From positions 581,647 to 645,646 of the forward strand of contig DBFVEH010000021.1 in the NCBI GenBank assembly GCA_048526005.1: 64,000 nucleotides of DNA, in the 5' to 3' direction. Numbering within the stretch: position 1 is the stretch's first letter; every line of letters starts with the position of its first letter. The notes under the pieces are model-generated. The model saw only the letters and a program-made list of their open reading frames with translations. It had not been told where the DNA came from and made no database searches. Made by a program: the position numbers and the translations under genes. Source of the DNA: Eubacteriales bacterium. Its GTDB lineage: Bacteria; Bacillota; Clostridia; Oscillospirales; CAG-272. Positions 46,919 to 55,615 of the stretch are shown one piece after another.

Positions 46919-48259
46919 ATGCCGCTTGCTTCAATCAATATCGAAATATTCGTGTCATATCTCAGAAGCTTCATCACCATAACCGGAAACACCCTGCTCG
47001 TCCTTTCCTTTACGGAGTCCAAACGCTCCAAAAGCGTCAGCGCATTTTACATTATCATGGGCTTTTTGATTTCTCTCATCATTGCCACGCTGATGTTCAG
47101 ACCGTCCGACGAAATGGAATTCGTCTCCTCTACCATGGTGCTGTGCTGCATGATCGTTTCCTCCACGCTGATTTTTTACACGAAAGACGGCTTCTTTCAG
47201 ACGGTGCTGAATATTTTTACACAGATCAATATTTACTTTATCATATCCTATTTCGCCTATACGCTCACAGAAGCCTTCTTCCTCGACAACGTTTGGGCGG
47301 AAATCTATATCCGAATCACACTGTATGCGGTCACCTTATGCGTCTCTTATACTTATCTCCGAAAGCCGTACCGGCAATACATAAAATATCTGCATAAGGG
47401 ATGGGTCAACCTCGCCGTCATGGCTTGCGGCTTTTCCATCCTTTTCACCTTTGTCTTTTTGATTCCGGTCCCCTTTTACGAAAGAGAGCCGTATAACAAT
47501 TATATCTGCATTTCCGCTATTATCCTGATGCTCTGTGTCTATGCGATGTCGATATTGAGCTTCGATCAAGCCATGAAAAACGTAAACAGGGAAATCCTGC
47601 TTGGCAGACGCGAGCAGCAGCTCCATTATTTGGAGGGACAGCTTGTCACGCATAAGGAAAGCGATGCCATGGTCAAAAAGCTGCGCCATGACCTCCGTCA
47701 CCATGACGCCGTGCTTCTGAAAATGCTGGAGGACGGAAAAACCGAGCAGGCAAAGGCGTTTCTCGCCGAACACAGCACAAAAATCGAGAAGATCCGCGAT
47801 ATGCTATACTGCCGGAACACGGTCGTCAATTCGGTTTTATCGACATACGCCAGCGTAGCCATGGAGAAGGGCTATCGCGTCAATATCATCGCCAACATCC
47901 CTGAGGATATCAGGATCGAATCCGTGGATCTCGCCGGACTTCTTGCCAACATCATCGAAAATGCCATCGAGGCCTGCGGCAAAGTAAAGGAAGGCACGCC
48001 CTTTATCGACATGCAGTGCGATTATGAACAAGAAACGCTTCGCATCACCCTCCGAAATTCCTGTACAAAAGCGCCGGATTTTATCGGAGGTTTGCCGCGG
48101 ACCACCAAGCCGGGCGGCGGAATCGGACTGCAATCCGTCATGTCGATCGTGAACGAATACGACGGACTTGCCAAATTTGAATACCAAGACGGCGTCTTTA
48201 TCTCAAAAATCATGATACGGGAAGCAGAAGCTCCCGTATCTTCCGAAAGCGCTTCCTAA
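46919..48259 (+). CDS. AgrC/ComD-like (HPK10, GHKL) membrane sensor histidine kinase, orphan
   Basis: GAGGAGG SD and about 6 TM segments. The phosphoacceptor region is KKLRHDLRHHDAVLL. The ATPase region includes LLANIIENAIEAC...GGGIGLQSVMSIVNEYDG. No response regulator is adjacent. Confidence 0.8.
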   Translation: MPLASINIEIFVSYLRSFITITGNTLLVLSFTESKRSKSVSAFYIIMGFLISLIIATLMFRPSDEMEFVSSTMVLCCMIVSSTLIFYTKDGFFQTVLNIFTQINIYFIISYFAYTLTEAFFLDNVWAEIYIRITLYAVTLCVSYTYLRKPYRQYIKYLHKGWVNLAVMACGFSILFTFVFLIPVPFYEREPYNNYICISAIILMLCVYAMSILSFDQAMKNVNREILLGRREQQLHYLEGQLVTHKESDAMVKKLRHDLRHHDAVLLKMLEDGKTEQAKAFLAEHSTKIEKIRDMLYCRNTVVNSVLSTYASVAMEKGYRVNIIANIPEDIRIESVDLAGLLANIIENAIEACGKVKEGTPFIDMQCDYEQETLRITLRNSCTKAPDFIGGLPRTTKPGGGIGLQSVMSIVNEYDGLAKFEYQDGVFISKIMIREAEAPVSSESAS

Positions 48260-48379
48260 TAAAACAGAACTACTAAAATCTGTTACGGAAAGCATCTTCC
48301 CGACGTCTCCGTATTAACCGAAAAAAAGAGCAAGACGGCACACAGCGATCTTATCGCATGTGTGCCGTCCTCCTTTCTA

Positions 48380-49303
48380 TCAGGAAATCGGCGCTTCGTC
48401 TTTCATTTCCTTTTTGGAAGAAGAAAGAATCTTCACATCGTCCTTTACATAGGAGCGAATCATCTGATGCTCGCCTTGGAATTTTACCTTTACAATGCCG
48501 GAAAGCGGATTGATCTCGCAGACAGTCCCCCGTCCGTCCGGCGTATCGACAAAACTGTCAAGCTTCGGCAGCTTTTTCAGCTCTTCCTCATATACCTCGT
48601 GCTCATAGCGCAGACAGCACATCAGTCTGCCGCACGCGCCGGAAATTTTCTGAGAATTGAGAGACAGATTCTGCTCCTTGGCCATCTTGATCGAAACCTG
48701 CGCGAAATCGTCGAGAAATTTTTTGCAGCAGAACGGCCTGCCGCAGACGCCAAGCCCGCCGATGAGCTTCGTCTCGTCACGGATGCCGATCTGGCGAAGC
48801 TCGATCCGTGTGCGGAATACCGACGCAAGACTCTTTACAAGCTCCCTGAAATCGACGCGCCCGTCCGCGGTAAAATAGAAAAGCAGCTTGCTGTTGTCAA
48901 AGGTATACTCCACGTCCACAAGCTTCATTTCAAGCTTATGCTCCGCGATCTTCTGGGCGCATATTTTGGCAGCCTCTTTCTCCTTGCGCTTGTTTTCCTC
49001 GTAAACGCGGTCGTCCTCCTGCGTCGCGCGGCGCAGGACCGGACGCAGCGGCAGGACCACTTCCTTTTCCGTTACGGTTTTGTTGCCGACGGCCACCGTG
49101 CCGTATTCAATCCCGCGCGATGTCTCCACGATCGCATGGTCCCCTTCGGAAAAGCTCATGTCCCCCGGCGCAAAATAATAGATTTTGCCGGTCGTCTTGA
49201 ACCTGACGCCGACAATATCATAGGTTATATTCTCCGAGGCGGCCTCGTCCATGCCGTCTCTGTTCATTTCGTCTTTCATATTGATTGAAACCTCGCCTTT
49301 CAT
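48380..49303 (-). CDS. ricT: PSP1-domain protein RicT/YaaT
   Basis: YFTADGRVDFRELVKSLASVFRTRIELRQIGIRDETKLIGGLGVCGRPFCC...CGRLMCCLRYE. The exact start is uncertain. Confidence 0.9.
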   Translation of the reverse strand: MKGEVSINMKDEMNRDGMDEAASENITYDIVGVRFKTTGKIYYFAPGDMSFSEGDHAIVETSRGIEYGTVAVGNKTVTEKEVVLPLRPVLRRATQEDDRVYEENKRKEKEAAKICAQKIAEHKLEMKLVDVEYTFDNSKLLFYFTADGRVDFRELVKSLASVFRTRIELRQIGIRDETKLIGGLGVCGRPFCCKKFLDDFAQVSIKMAKEQNLSLNSQKISGACGRLMCCLRYEHEVYEEELKKLPKLDSFVDTPDGRGTVCEINPLSGIVKVKFQGEHQMIRSYVKDDVKILSSSKKEMKDEAPIS

Positions 49304-49349
49304 CCTGATTCACATAAGCGCATATGCGGGATCAGGAAATTCTTCCCTA

Positions 49350-50366
49350 TCAAACCGCTTTCCAAAGCGCCATAGCCAAAACGGCCGCGGCAAGGGAAAG
49401 ATTCGGATTAAACCGCAGATCTCCTTTGACCGAGTTTACGGCGTCGAACGATTTTACAATCGAGCCGGTGGCAAACGTCATCGCGTATCGCCGCACCTCA
49501 TCCTCCGTAAAGAAATCCGGCGGCGCTTCCTCCGTGCACCTTGCACGCGCAATGTCCCCATAGGCGGAAAGAAGATGTCCGGTCAGGGCCTCCAGAGCCT
49601 CCCGCGTTTGAGCAAAATCGCAAATACGCTTCAAAAATTCATAGTAAGAAACGCCTCTGCCTTTCATAGCCTGTCCCTCGACCGCCAGCTTTGCCGCCGA
49701 ATATGCCGCAAATTCGGATTCGCCGTTTTCCAAAATTCTGCGGAGCCTTCCGATCGCACCGTTCGCCATCCGAACCGCAAAATTGAGCTTTTCCGCGTCG
49801 TCGGCGCAGGATAACTTCACACGCCGCGCGTAATCTGCGAGGGCGTGCTCGTCAAATACCTGAAGCGAAACCTTTTGCGCCCGCGAGCGCACGGTCGTGA
49901 GCAGAGAGAGCGTGTTCTCACACAGCAGAAAAAGATAAACATTCCGCGGCGGCTCCTCGACGATCTTCAAAAGAGCATTCTGCGCTTGCGGCGTGATGCG
50001 GTCCGCCTCGTCAAAGATATAGAACTGGAAGCCAAGCTCGGAGGGCGCAAGATACACGGAAGCCGTGAAATCGCGCACGGCTTCCACTCCGATCGTTTTT
50101 TTGCCGTCCTCTCCCCGTGAAAGGATCCGAACATCGGGCGAAAGCCCTTCGAGAATGCGGCGGCATTGTTTGTCCCGCTCCTCCGAAGCATCGTCCGCGG
50201 CTGCAAGCGCCGCCGCAATGCGGAGCGCAAACGTCTTTTTTCCCCCGCCGGACGGCGCCTCGAGGATATACGCATGGGAAAGCCTTCCCTCTCGGATCAA
50301 AGCCTCAAAAAACGATTTTTGCCGCTCGTTGCCGAAAATATCGCCGAAAAAATCCATCAGTAGCAA
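49350..50366 (-). CDS. holB: DNA polymerase III subunit delta prime
   Basis: LSHAYILEAPSGGGKKTFALRIAAAL, IFDEADRITPQAQNALLKIVEEPP, and synteny with ricT and darA. Confidence 0.85.
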   Translation of the reverse strand: MLLMDFFGDIFGNERQKSFFEALIREGRLSHAYILEAPSGGGKKTFALRIAAALAAADDASEERDKQCRRILEGLSPDVRILSRGEDGKKTIGVEAVRDFTASVYLAPSELGFQFYIFDEADRITPQAQNALLKIVEEPPRNVYLFLLCENTLSLLTTVRSRAQKVSLQVFDEHALADYARRVKLSCADDAEKLNFAVRMANGAIGRLRRILENGESEFAAYSAAKLAVEGQAMKGRGVSYYEFLKRICDFAQTREALEALTGHLLSAYGDIARARCTEEAPPDFFTEDEVRRYAMTFATGSIVKSFDAVNSVKGDLRFNPNLSLAAAVLAMALWKAV

Positions 50367-50683
50367 TAAAATTTCTCAACATCGATGATGAAAACGGTAG
50401 CGCCGCCCACGCTCACATCGGTATTGGAGGAGCCGAGCGCGCCGGCCGTTCCAAGCGGCATGGCGGTCGGAATGTTTTTGACTCTCTTCTTGCTGTGAGC
50501 GCGGATAATCTCAAGCGCGCGCTCCACTCTCTCGTCCTCCGTCCCGACAAAAAAAGTCGAGTTCCCGTTGAGCAGAAAACCGCCCGTAGATGAAATTTTC
50601 GTGATATGATATCCTTCCGCCGTAAGACCGGTATTGACAAAATGGGCGTCGTCGTTGTTGACGATAGCGATGATAAGCTTCAT
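50357..50683 (-). CDS. darA: PII-like cyclic-di-AMP receptor DarA (YaaQ)
   Basis: 108 aa, aligning by eye along its whole length with B. subtilis DarA (MKLI.A.V...D......L......VTK...TGGFL..GN.TF..G.ED.RV..AL..I......GGATVF). Confidence 0.85.
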   Translation of the reverse strand: MKLIIAIVNNDDAHFVNTGLTAEGYHITKISSTGGFLLNGNSTFFVGTEDERVERALEIIRAHSKKRVKNIPTAMPLGTAGALGSSNTDVSVGGATVFIIDVEKFYCY

Positions 50684-50836
50684 AAACGATCCTCCTTCGC
50701 CGATATGCTTCCTATTTTTATTTTATTATAACAAAGATACCGGCTTTTGTCAACGAAAAGTCCCCGACGGGCAAAAACTTTCCGAGAAAAGAAAAAGGTT
50801 CCGGCGCACAGAAATGTACGCCGGAGCTTTGCTTTT

Positions 50837-51205
50837 TTATTTCTTCGGATGGCTCCTGAATATCAGCGCAAACAGATAGCCGAATACGATCGCGGCCGCG
50901 ATTCCGGCTGCAGTCCCGGTAAGGCCGCCTGTCAATGCGCCGATGAGTCCCTTTTCGTTCACCGCTCTTTTAACACCCATGGCCAGCGAATATCCGAAAC
51001 CGGTAAGAGGCGTCATCGCGCCGCAGCCGGCAAATTCGACGAGAGGTCCGTAAAGCCCTACTGCCGTCAGAATCACGCCTGCACTGACATAGACGACCAA
51101 AATTCTCGCCGGCGTCAGTCCGGTCTTGTCGATCAAAATTTGAGCGACGACACAGAAAAGTCCTCCAATGACAAAGGCTTTCAGCAAATCGATCCATAAT
51201 TCCAT
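50837..51205 (-). CDS. spoVAE: Stage V sporulation protein AE (SpoVAEB-type)
   Basis: 122-aa membrane protein (FVIGGLFCVVAQILIDKTGLTPARILV...) downstream of spoVAC/AD. Confidence 0.85.
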   Translation of the reverse strand: MELWIDLLKAFVIGGLFCVVAQILIDKTGLTPARILVVYVSAGVILTAVGLYGPLVEFAGCGAMTPLTGFGYSLAMGVKRAVNEKGLIGALTGGLTGTAAGIAAAIVFGYLFALIFRSHPKK

Positions 51206-51209
51206 GCCG

Positions 51210-52208
51210 TTATCCCCTTTCCGCTGAAATCCGCACGAGATGCGCGATCCCCGGTATGGTGCAGCCCTGCTTCAGACTGTCCGTACTCATCAGCGCGCCG
51301 GTCGCGATATACAGCACGTTTTTGAGCTCGCCCTTTTGAAAGCGTCTCATGATATGTCCGCAGACGACGGAGGCGCTGCATCCGCAGCCGGAGCCGCCGC
51401 AATGCACATCCTGCGAATCGCGTCCGTAAAGCATAAGCCCGCAGTCGTTATATACGTTTTGAACGTCATATCCGGCACTCTTCATAAATTCCACGGTGAT
51501 GGCATGACCTTCAAGCCCAAGGTCGCCCGTCACGATCAAATCGAAATCGTCCGGACGACGGCCGGTATCCTTAAAATATTTCGTCATCGTATCGATGGCT
51601 GCCGGCGCCATAGCGGCGCCCATGTTGTTGGCGTCGTTGATCCCCTTATCGACAATCGTACCCGGCAGCACCTCCGTGATATACGGTCCCGCACCCGTAT
51701 TCGACAGGATCACGGCGCCCGCGGCCGTAGCCGTCCACTGTGAGGTCGGCGTGCGCTGTCCGCCGTATTCAAGCGGAAATCGAAACTGCCGTTCCGCCGA
51801 GCAGAAGTGAGACGAGCTGATGGCGGCGCACTTATCAAAATAACCGGCATTGATCATAAGAGAAGCCAGCATGGTTCCCTCGGCAAAGGTGGAGCAGGCG
51901 CCGTAAAGCCCGAAATACGGCTTTTCAAAGCTGAGAAGTCCGTATGCGGAGCCTGTACACTGATTGAGCAAATCCCCGGCGAAAATCGCCTTGATCGCAT
52001 CGGGAGAAAGCTTCGCCTTGGCAAGCGCGGTGTTGAGCGCAAGCCGCTGCATCTCGCTCTCCGATTTTTCCCACGTGTCCATACCGAAGGTATTGTCCTC
52101 ATCGTGAAGATCGAAATCGTCGCCGAGCGGGCCGTCATGCTCTTTTTTCCCGACAACGGCGGCGTAGCCGATAACGGACGGCGCGCGCTCCAGCTTGATT
52201 ACATTCAT
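51210..52208 (-). CDS. spoVAD: Stage V sporulation protein AD
   Basis: The true start is MNVIKLERAPSVIGYAAVVGKKEHDGPLG (ATG 52206-52208, ATGA overlap with spoVAC). Thiolase-like fold pattern. The 432-aa track ORF is an upstream extension. Confidence 0.9.
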   Translation of the reverse strand: MNVIKLERAPSVIGYAAVVGKKEHDGPLGDDFDLHDEDNTFGMDTWEKSESEMQRLALNTALAKAKLSPDAIKAIFAGDLLNQCTGSAYGLLSFEKPYFGLYGACSTFAEGTMLASLMINAGYFDKCAAISSSHFCSAERQFRFPLEYGGQRTPTSQWTATAAGAVILSNTGAGPYITEVLPGTIVDKGINDANNMGAAMAPAAIDTMTKYFKDTGRRPDDFDLIVTGDLGLEGHAITVEFMKSAGYDVQNVYNDCGLMLYGRDSQDVHCGGSGCGCSASVVCGHIMRRFQKGELKNVLYIATGALMSTDSLKQGCTIPGIAHLVRISAERG

Positions 52209-52651
52209 ACAAATAACCCCCATATCCAATAGATGACGCCGTACAGCACCGACGTCAGAACGCCGTATACGATAACGGGTCCGGCGATGGTAAACATCTT
52301 CGCTCCGACGCCCATGACAAAGCCCTCGCTCTTGTCGTCGATGGCAGGCGCTGCCATCGCGTTGGCAAAGCCGGTAATCGGAACCAGCGTACCGGCGCCG
52401 GCAAATCGCGCAATATCGTCGAAAACGCCGATCCCCGTCAAAAACGATGCCAAAAACACCAAAGTGACCGGCACAAGGCTTTTCACGGTATCCTCCGGAA
52501 GCTTCCAAAACAGATACAAATGATAAAGCCCCTCCGCAAACGAGCAGATCAGTCCTCCTACCAAAAAAGCACAGATACAGTCCTTGAAAATCGGAGACTT
52601 CGCCATATGTTTTTTCGCATATTTTTTATAAGATTTTGAATCCGTATTCAT
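52205..52651 (-). CDS. spoVAC: Stage V sporulation protein AC
   Basis: The start is MNTDSKSYKKY (ATG 52649-52651, GGAGG SD). FLVGGLICSFAEGL...TGFANAMAAPAIDDKSEGFVMGVGAKMF is typical of SpoVAC. Confidence 0.9.
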   Translation of the reverse strand: MNTDSKSYKKYAKKHMAKSPIFKDCICAFLVGGLICSFAEGLYHLYLFWKLPEDTVKSLVPVTLVFLASFLTGIGVFDDIARFAGAGTLVPITGFANAMAAPAIDDKSEGFVMGVGAKMFTIAGPVIVYGVLTSVLYGVIYWIWGLFV

Positions 52652-52929
52652 GATCAAACCTCCTAAGGCCGCAGCGTGCGGCAAATTCCAGCAAAAGCGG
52701 CAAGCAAAAATTACACTCCCCGCCATGTCAAAAGGAATAAAAATCTTTCTGTGAAATATTCTCCCACATACGGCGGAATTTATTTATGGAACATTTTTCG
52801 AAAATTCCGAAAAAAGGATTTGACATTTGCCTAAAATGTGCTACAATAAAGAGAAAGTAGAGTGTTTGATGACAGCTACATACACTTACTCAAATTATAA
52901 ATTTTCGCTGTCGAGAATAGGAGAAGATT

Positions 52930-53103
52930 ATGCCTTATGTAATTGACGCCGAAAAATGTATCGGATGCGGTGCCTGTGCCGACGGATGTCCTGTCAGCGC
53001 GATTTCCGAGAAAGACGGAAAATACGTGATCAACCCCGAAGAGTGCGTTGATTGCGGCGCATGTGCGGGAACATGTCCTGTCGAAGCTCCCGAGCAGCAG
53101 TAA
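52930..53103 (+). CDS. 2x[4Fe-4S] ferredoxin (57 aa)
   Basis: Not in the track (under 60 aa). MPYVIDAEKCIGCGACADGCPVSAISEKDGKYVINPEECVDCGACAGTCPVEAPEQQ has two CxxCxxCxxxCP motifs and a GGAGAA SD. Confidence 0.85.
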   Translation: MPYVIDAEKCIGCGACADGCPVSAISEKDGKYVINPEECVDCGACAGTCPVEAPEQQ

Positions 53104-53170
53104 AAAGCATTTCCGCATGCGGCGGAGCTCCCGCCGCATGACGGCTTCCGCCGCATATTACCGCAAAAAA

Positions 53171-53201
53171 CGCAGGTTCGTTATCGAACCTGTGATTTTT
53201 T
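53171..53201 (+). terminator. Terminator after the ferredoxin gene
   Basis: The sequence cgcaggttcg-ttat-cgaacctgtg is followed by attttttt. Confidence 0.7.
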
Positions 53202-53258
53202 ATGAAAATCGATTATTTTTTGGGAAATCATTCATTTTTATCCTCAAAATGTGGTATA

Positions 53259-53429
53259 ATAATCCCATAAATGCGAAAGCATTTATGTTGAGTTAAATTA
53301 GAAACACGGTAAAGCTCAAAATGGATATAGATTGCTGCAAATTTTATGCGATAATCCCATAAATGCGAAAGCATTTATGTTAAACTAAATCAGAGATACA
53401 GCAAGACTCAAAATGGGTATCGATCGCTG
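53259..53429 (+). repeat. Tandem imperfect direct repeat (2 x about 79 bp, period 92 bp), each with a 9-bp stem/GAAA-loop hairpin and its own -10-like element
   Basis: Unit 1 is 53259-53337 and unit 2 is 53351-53429, with 66/79 positions identical by hand alignment and the first 31 nt identical. The hairpins CATAAATGC-GAAA-GCATTTATG lie at 53266-53287 and 53358-53379. TGgTATAAT precedes unit 1 and TGcGATAAT precedes unit 2. Confidence 0.7.
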
Positions 53430-53527
53430 TCTGTTCTCACTACATAATCCAACAATTTGCAAAACCATTCAAAAATATAAAAATCATACAAGCCGTTCGA
53501 TCAGCGGCGAGAGGAGCTCCCCAATCC

Positions 53528-54742
53528 ATGATACAGAACGCAATTCTTCCGGTCCTGCTCGGTGCAGACCTCAACTGCTACAGCGTAGCCCGCGCCTTTC
53601 ATGAAGCCTATGGCGTAAAATCCCATGCCTTCGGCCGATACGTCCTCGGTGCCACGCAGCACAGCAAAATCATCGATTTCACCGTCATTGAAGAATTGTG
53701 CGAACCCAAAATTCTTTTGGAAACGCTCATAAAATTTGCCGAAAAAAATCCCGGAAAAAAGCTGCTGCTCTTCGGCTGTACCGACGCATATGCCGACCTT
53801 ATCATCGAAAACCGAGAAGCGCTTTCCCCATACTATTTTTGTCCGTGCCCCGACGGAAAGCTCGCAAAAACGCTGATTTCCAAGGACGCCTTTTACGAGA
53901 TGTGCGACAAATACGGAATCGATTATCCGAAAACCGTCGTTCTTCGGACGGTTTCCGACATGGAAAAGCTCGCCGCGCTTCCTTTCGCCTATCCTATTAT
54001 CATCAAGCCGGCAAGCTCGATCCGGTACTGGCAGCATCCGTTCGACGGCATGAAAAAGGTCTATAAAGCGGATAACCCAAAAGAGGCGGAAAGCATCATA
54101 AAGCAAATCTTTTCCTCCGGCTACGACGACGCGGTTATCGTGCAGGATTTCATCCCGGGCGATGATTCCGGCATGTATGTCCTCACCGCTTATTCCGACC
54201 GGAACGCAAAAGTAAAAATGATGTGTCTCGGACATGTCCTTTTGGAAGAACACACGCCGAAAGGACTTGGCAATCATGCCGCGATCCTGACGGAATATCA
54301 GGCTGAGCTCATGGAAAAAATGAAAGCTTTCCTTGAAAGCACCGGCTATCAGGGCTTTTCCAATTTCGACATCAAATTCGATCCAAGAGATGGGAAATTC
54401 AAGGTATTTGAGATCAATCTCAGGCAGGGACGCAGCAATTATTACGTGACACACGCAGGCGCAAACATCGCGCGCTATCCCGTAGGCGATTTGGACGGTA
54501 CGCTTCCCGCCGATACGGATATCGTCAAAGAACCCGCCTTTTGGCATACCGTTCCCAAAAAAATCATATATTCTTATATCCGGGACAAAAACACGCGGAA
54601 ATCCGTAAATAAGCTCGTAAAGAATGGAAAATCCGGCACTTCCCTGTGGTATCGCTATGACCTGCGGGCAAATCCGATGCGGCTTGCTTACGTCGCCATT
54701 CACAATTTTCGGTATTTCAAAAAATACAAACGATATCCGTAA
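53528..54742 (+). CDS. ATP-grasp carboxylate-amine ligase (COG3919-like), candidate D-aspartate ligase
   Basis: 404 aa with an ATP-grasp core (YPIIIKPASS..., VIVQDFIPGDD, FEINLRQGRSNYY). The call as D-Asp ligase rests on context (aspartate racemase and murE immediately downstream). Confidence 0.65.
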   Translation: MIQNAILPVLLGADLNCYSVARAFHEAYGVKSHAFGRYVLGATQHSKIIDFTVIEELCEPKILLETLIKFAEKNPGKKLLLFGCTDAYADLIIENREALSPYYFCPCPDGKLAKTLISKDAFYEMCDKYGIDYPKTVVLRTVSDMEKLAALPFAYPIIIKPASSIRYWQHPFDGMKKVYKADNPKEAESIIKQIFSSGYDDAVIVQDFIPGDDSGMYVLTAYSDRNAKVKMMCLGHVLLEEHTPKGLGNHAAILTEYQAELMEKMKAFLESTGYQGFSNFDIKFDPRDGKFKVFEINLRQGRSNYYVTHAGANIARYPVGDLDGTLPADTDIVKEPAFWHTVPKKIIYSYIRDKNTRKSVNKLVKNGKSGTSLWYRYDLRANPMRLAYVAIHNFRYFKKYKRYP

Positions 54743-54820
54743 TATACCCGGCTATTATCCCACAGCACCGGATAAAGCTTCACTGAGATCAGGCGCCGCC
54801 ATGCGCCGCGGAGGTGTCAT

Positions 54821-55561
54821 ATGGCAAAAACACTCGGCATATTGGGAGGACTCGGTCCCGCCGCAAGCGTATATTTCTATCAGATGATCACCGAGCATAC
54901 CTTTGCTCTGCGGGATCAGGACCACCTCGACATCGTTCTCATCAGCGGCGCGGGAATCCCTGACCGAAGCGACTTCATTTTGGGAAAAAGCGGTCAGTCT
55001 CCGCTCCCCCTCATGAAAGAGGACGTTTTGAAGCTCGCCCGTGCGGGCGCCGACCTTATCGCGATCCCCTGCAATACGGCGCATTATTTTTTCGACGAAC
55101 TGGAAAAAATCTCTCCGGTCCCCGTTCTGAATATCGTAAAGGAAACGGTAAAGCTTGCAAAAGAGGCGGGCATACATAAGCTCGGCATCTTGGCGACAAC
55201 CGGCACCGTCGTCGCCGGCGCCTATCAGCGGGCTTGCTCGGATATCGGCATCGACTACCTTCTCCCGTTCGACGAGTCTCAAGAAGTTTTGATGAACATA
55301 ATTTATCAATCGATCAAAACCGCTAACACTCCGGACACTGATAAATTTCTTGAGATCGTGACGGAGCTGTATGCCGGCGGATGCGACGCCGTCGTGCTCG
55401 GCTGCACGGAGCTGTCCCTCATCCCGCAGACGGCGGCATTCGAGTCGTATCGCTTTATCGATTCCCTGCTGGTCCTTGCGAGAAAATCGATACTCGAATG
55501 CGGAAAAATCCCCTGCGGCTTTCCGGATATCTATACATATATGGACAAAGCCTTCGTGTAG
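54821..55561 (+). CDS. Aspartate racemase (Asp/Glu racemase family)
   Basis: LGILGGLGPAAS, with two catalytic-Cys motifs, IPCNTAHYF and LGCTELSLI. Confidence 0.85.
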   Translation: MAKTLGILGGLGPAASVYFYQMITEHTFALRDQDHLDIVLISGAGIPDRSDFILGKSGQSPLPLMKEDVLKLARAGADLIAIPCNTAHYFFDELEKISPVPVLNIVKETVKLAKEAGIHKLGILATTGTVVAGAYQRACSDIGIDYLLPFDESQEVLMNIIYQSIKTANTPDTDKFLEIVTELYAGGCDAVVLGCTELSLIPQTAAFESYRFIDSLLVLARKSILECGKIPCGFPDIYTYMDKAFV

Positions 55562-55615
55562 AAAAACCCGATATCACGTAAAACCCTCAACTGCCGATGA
55601 AAGGCCGGTCTCCTC

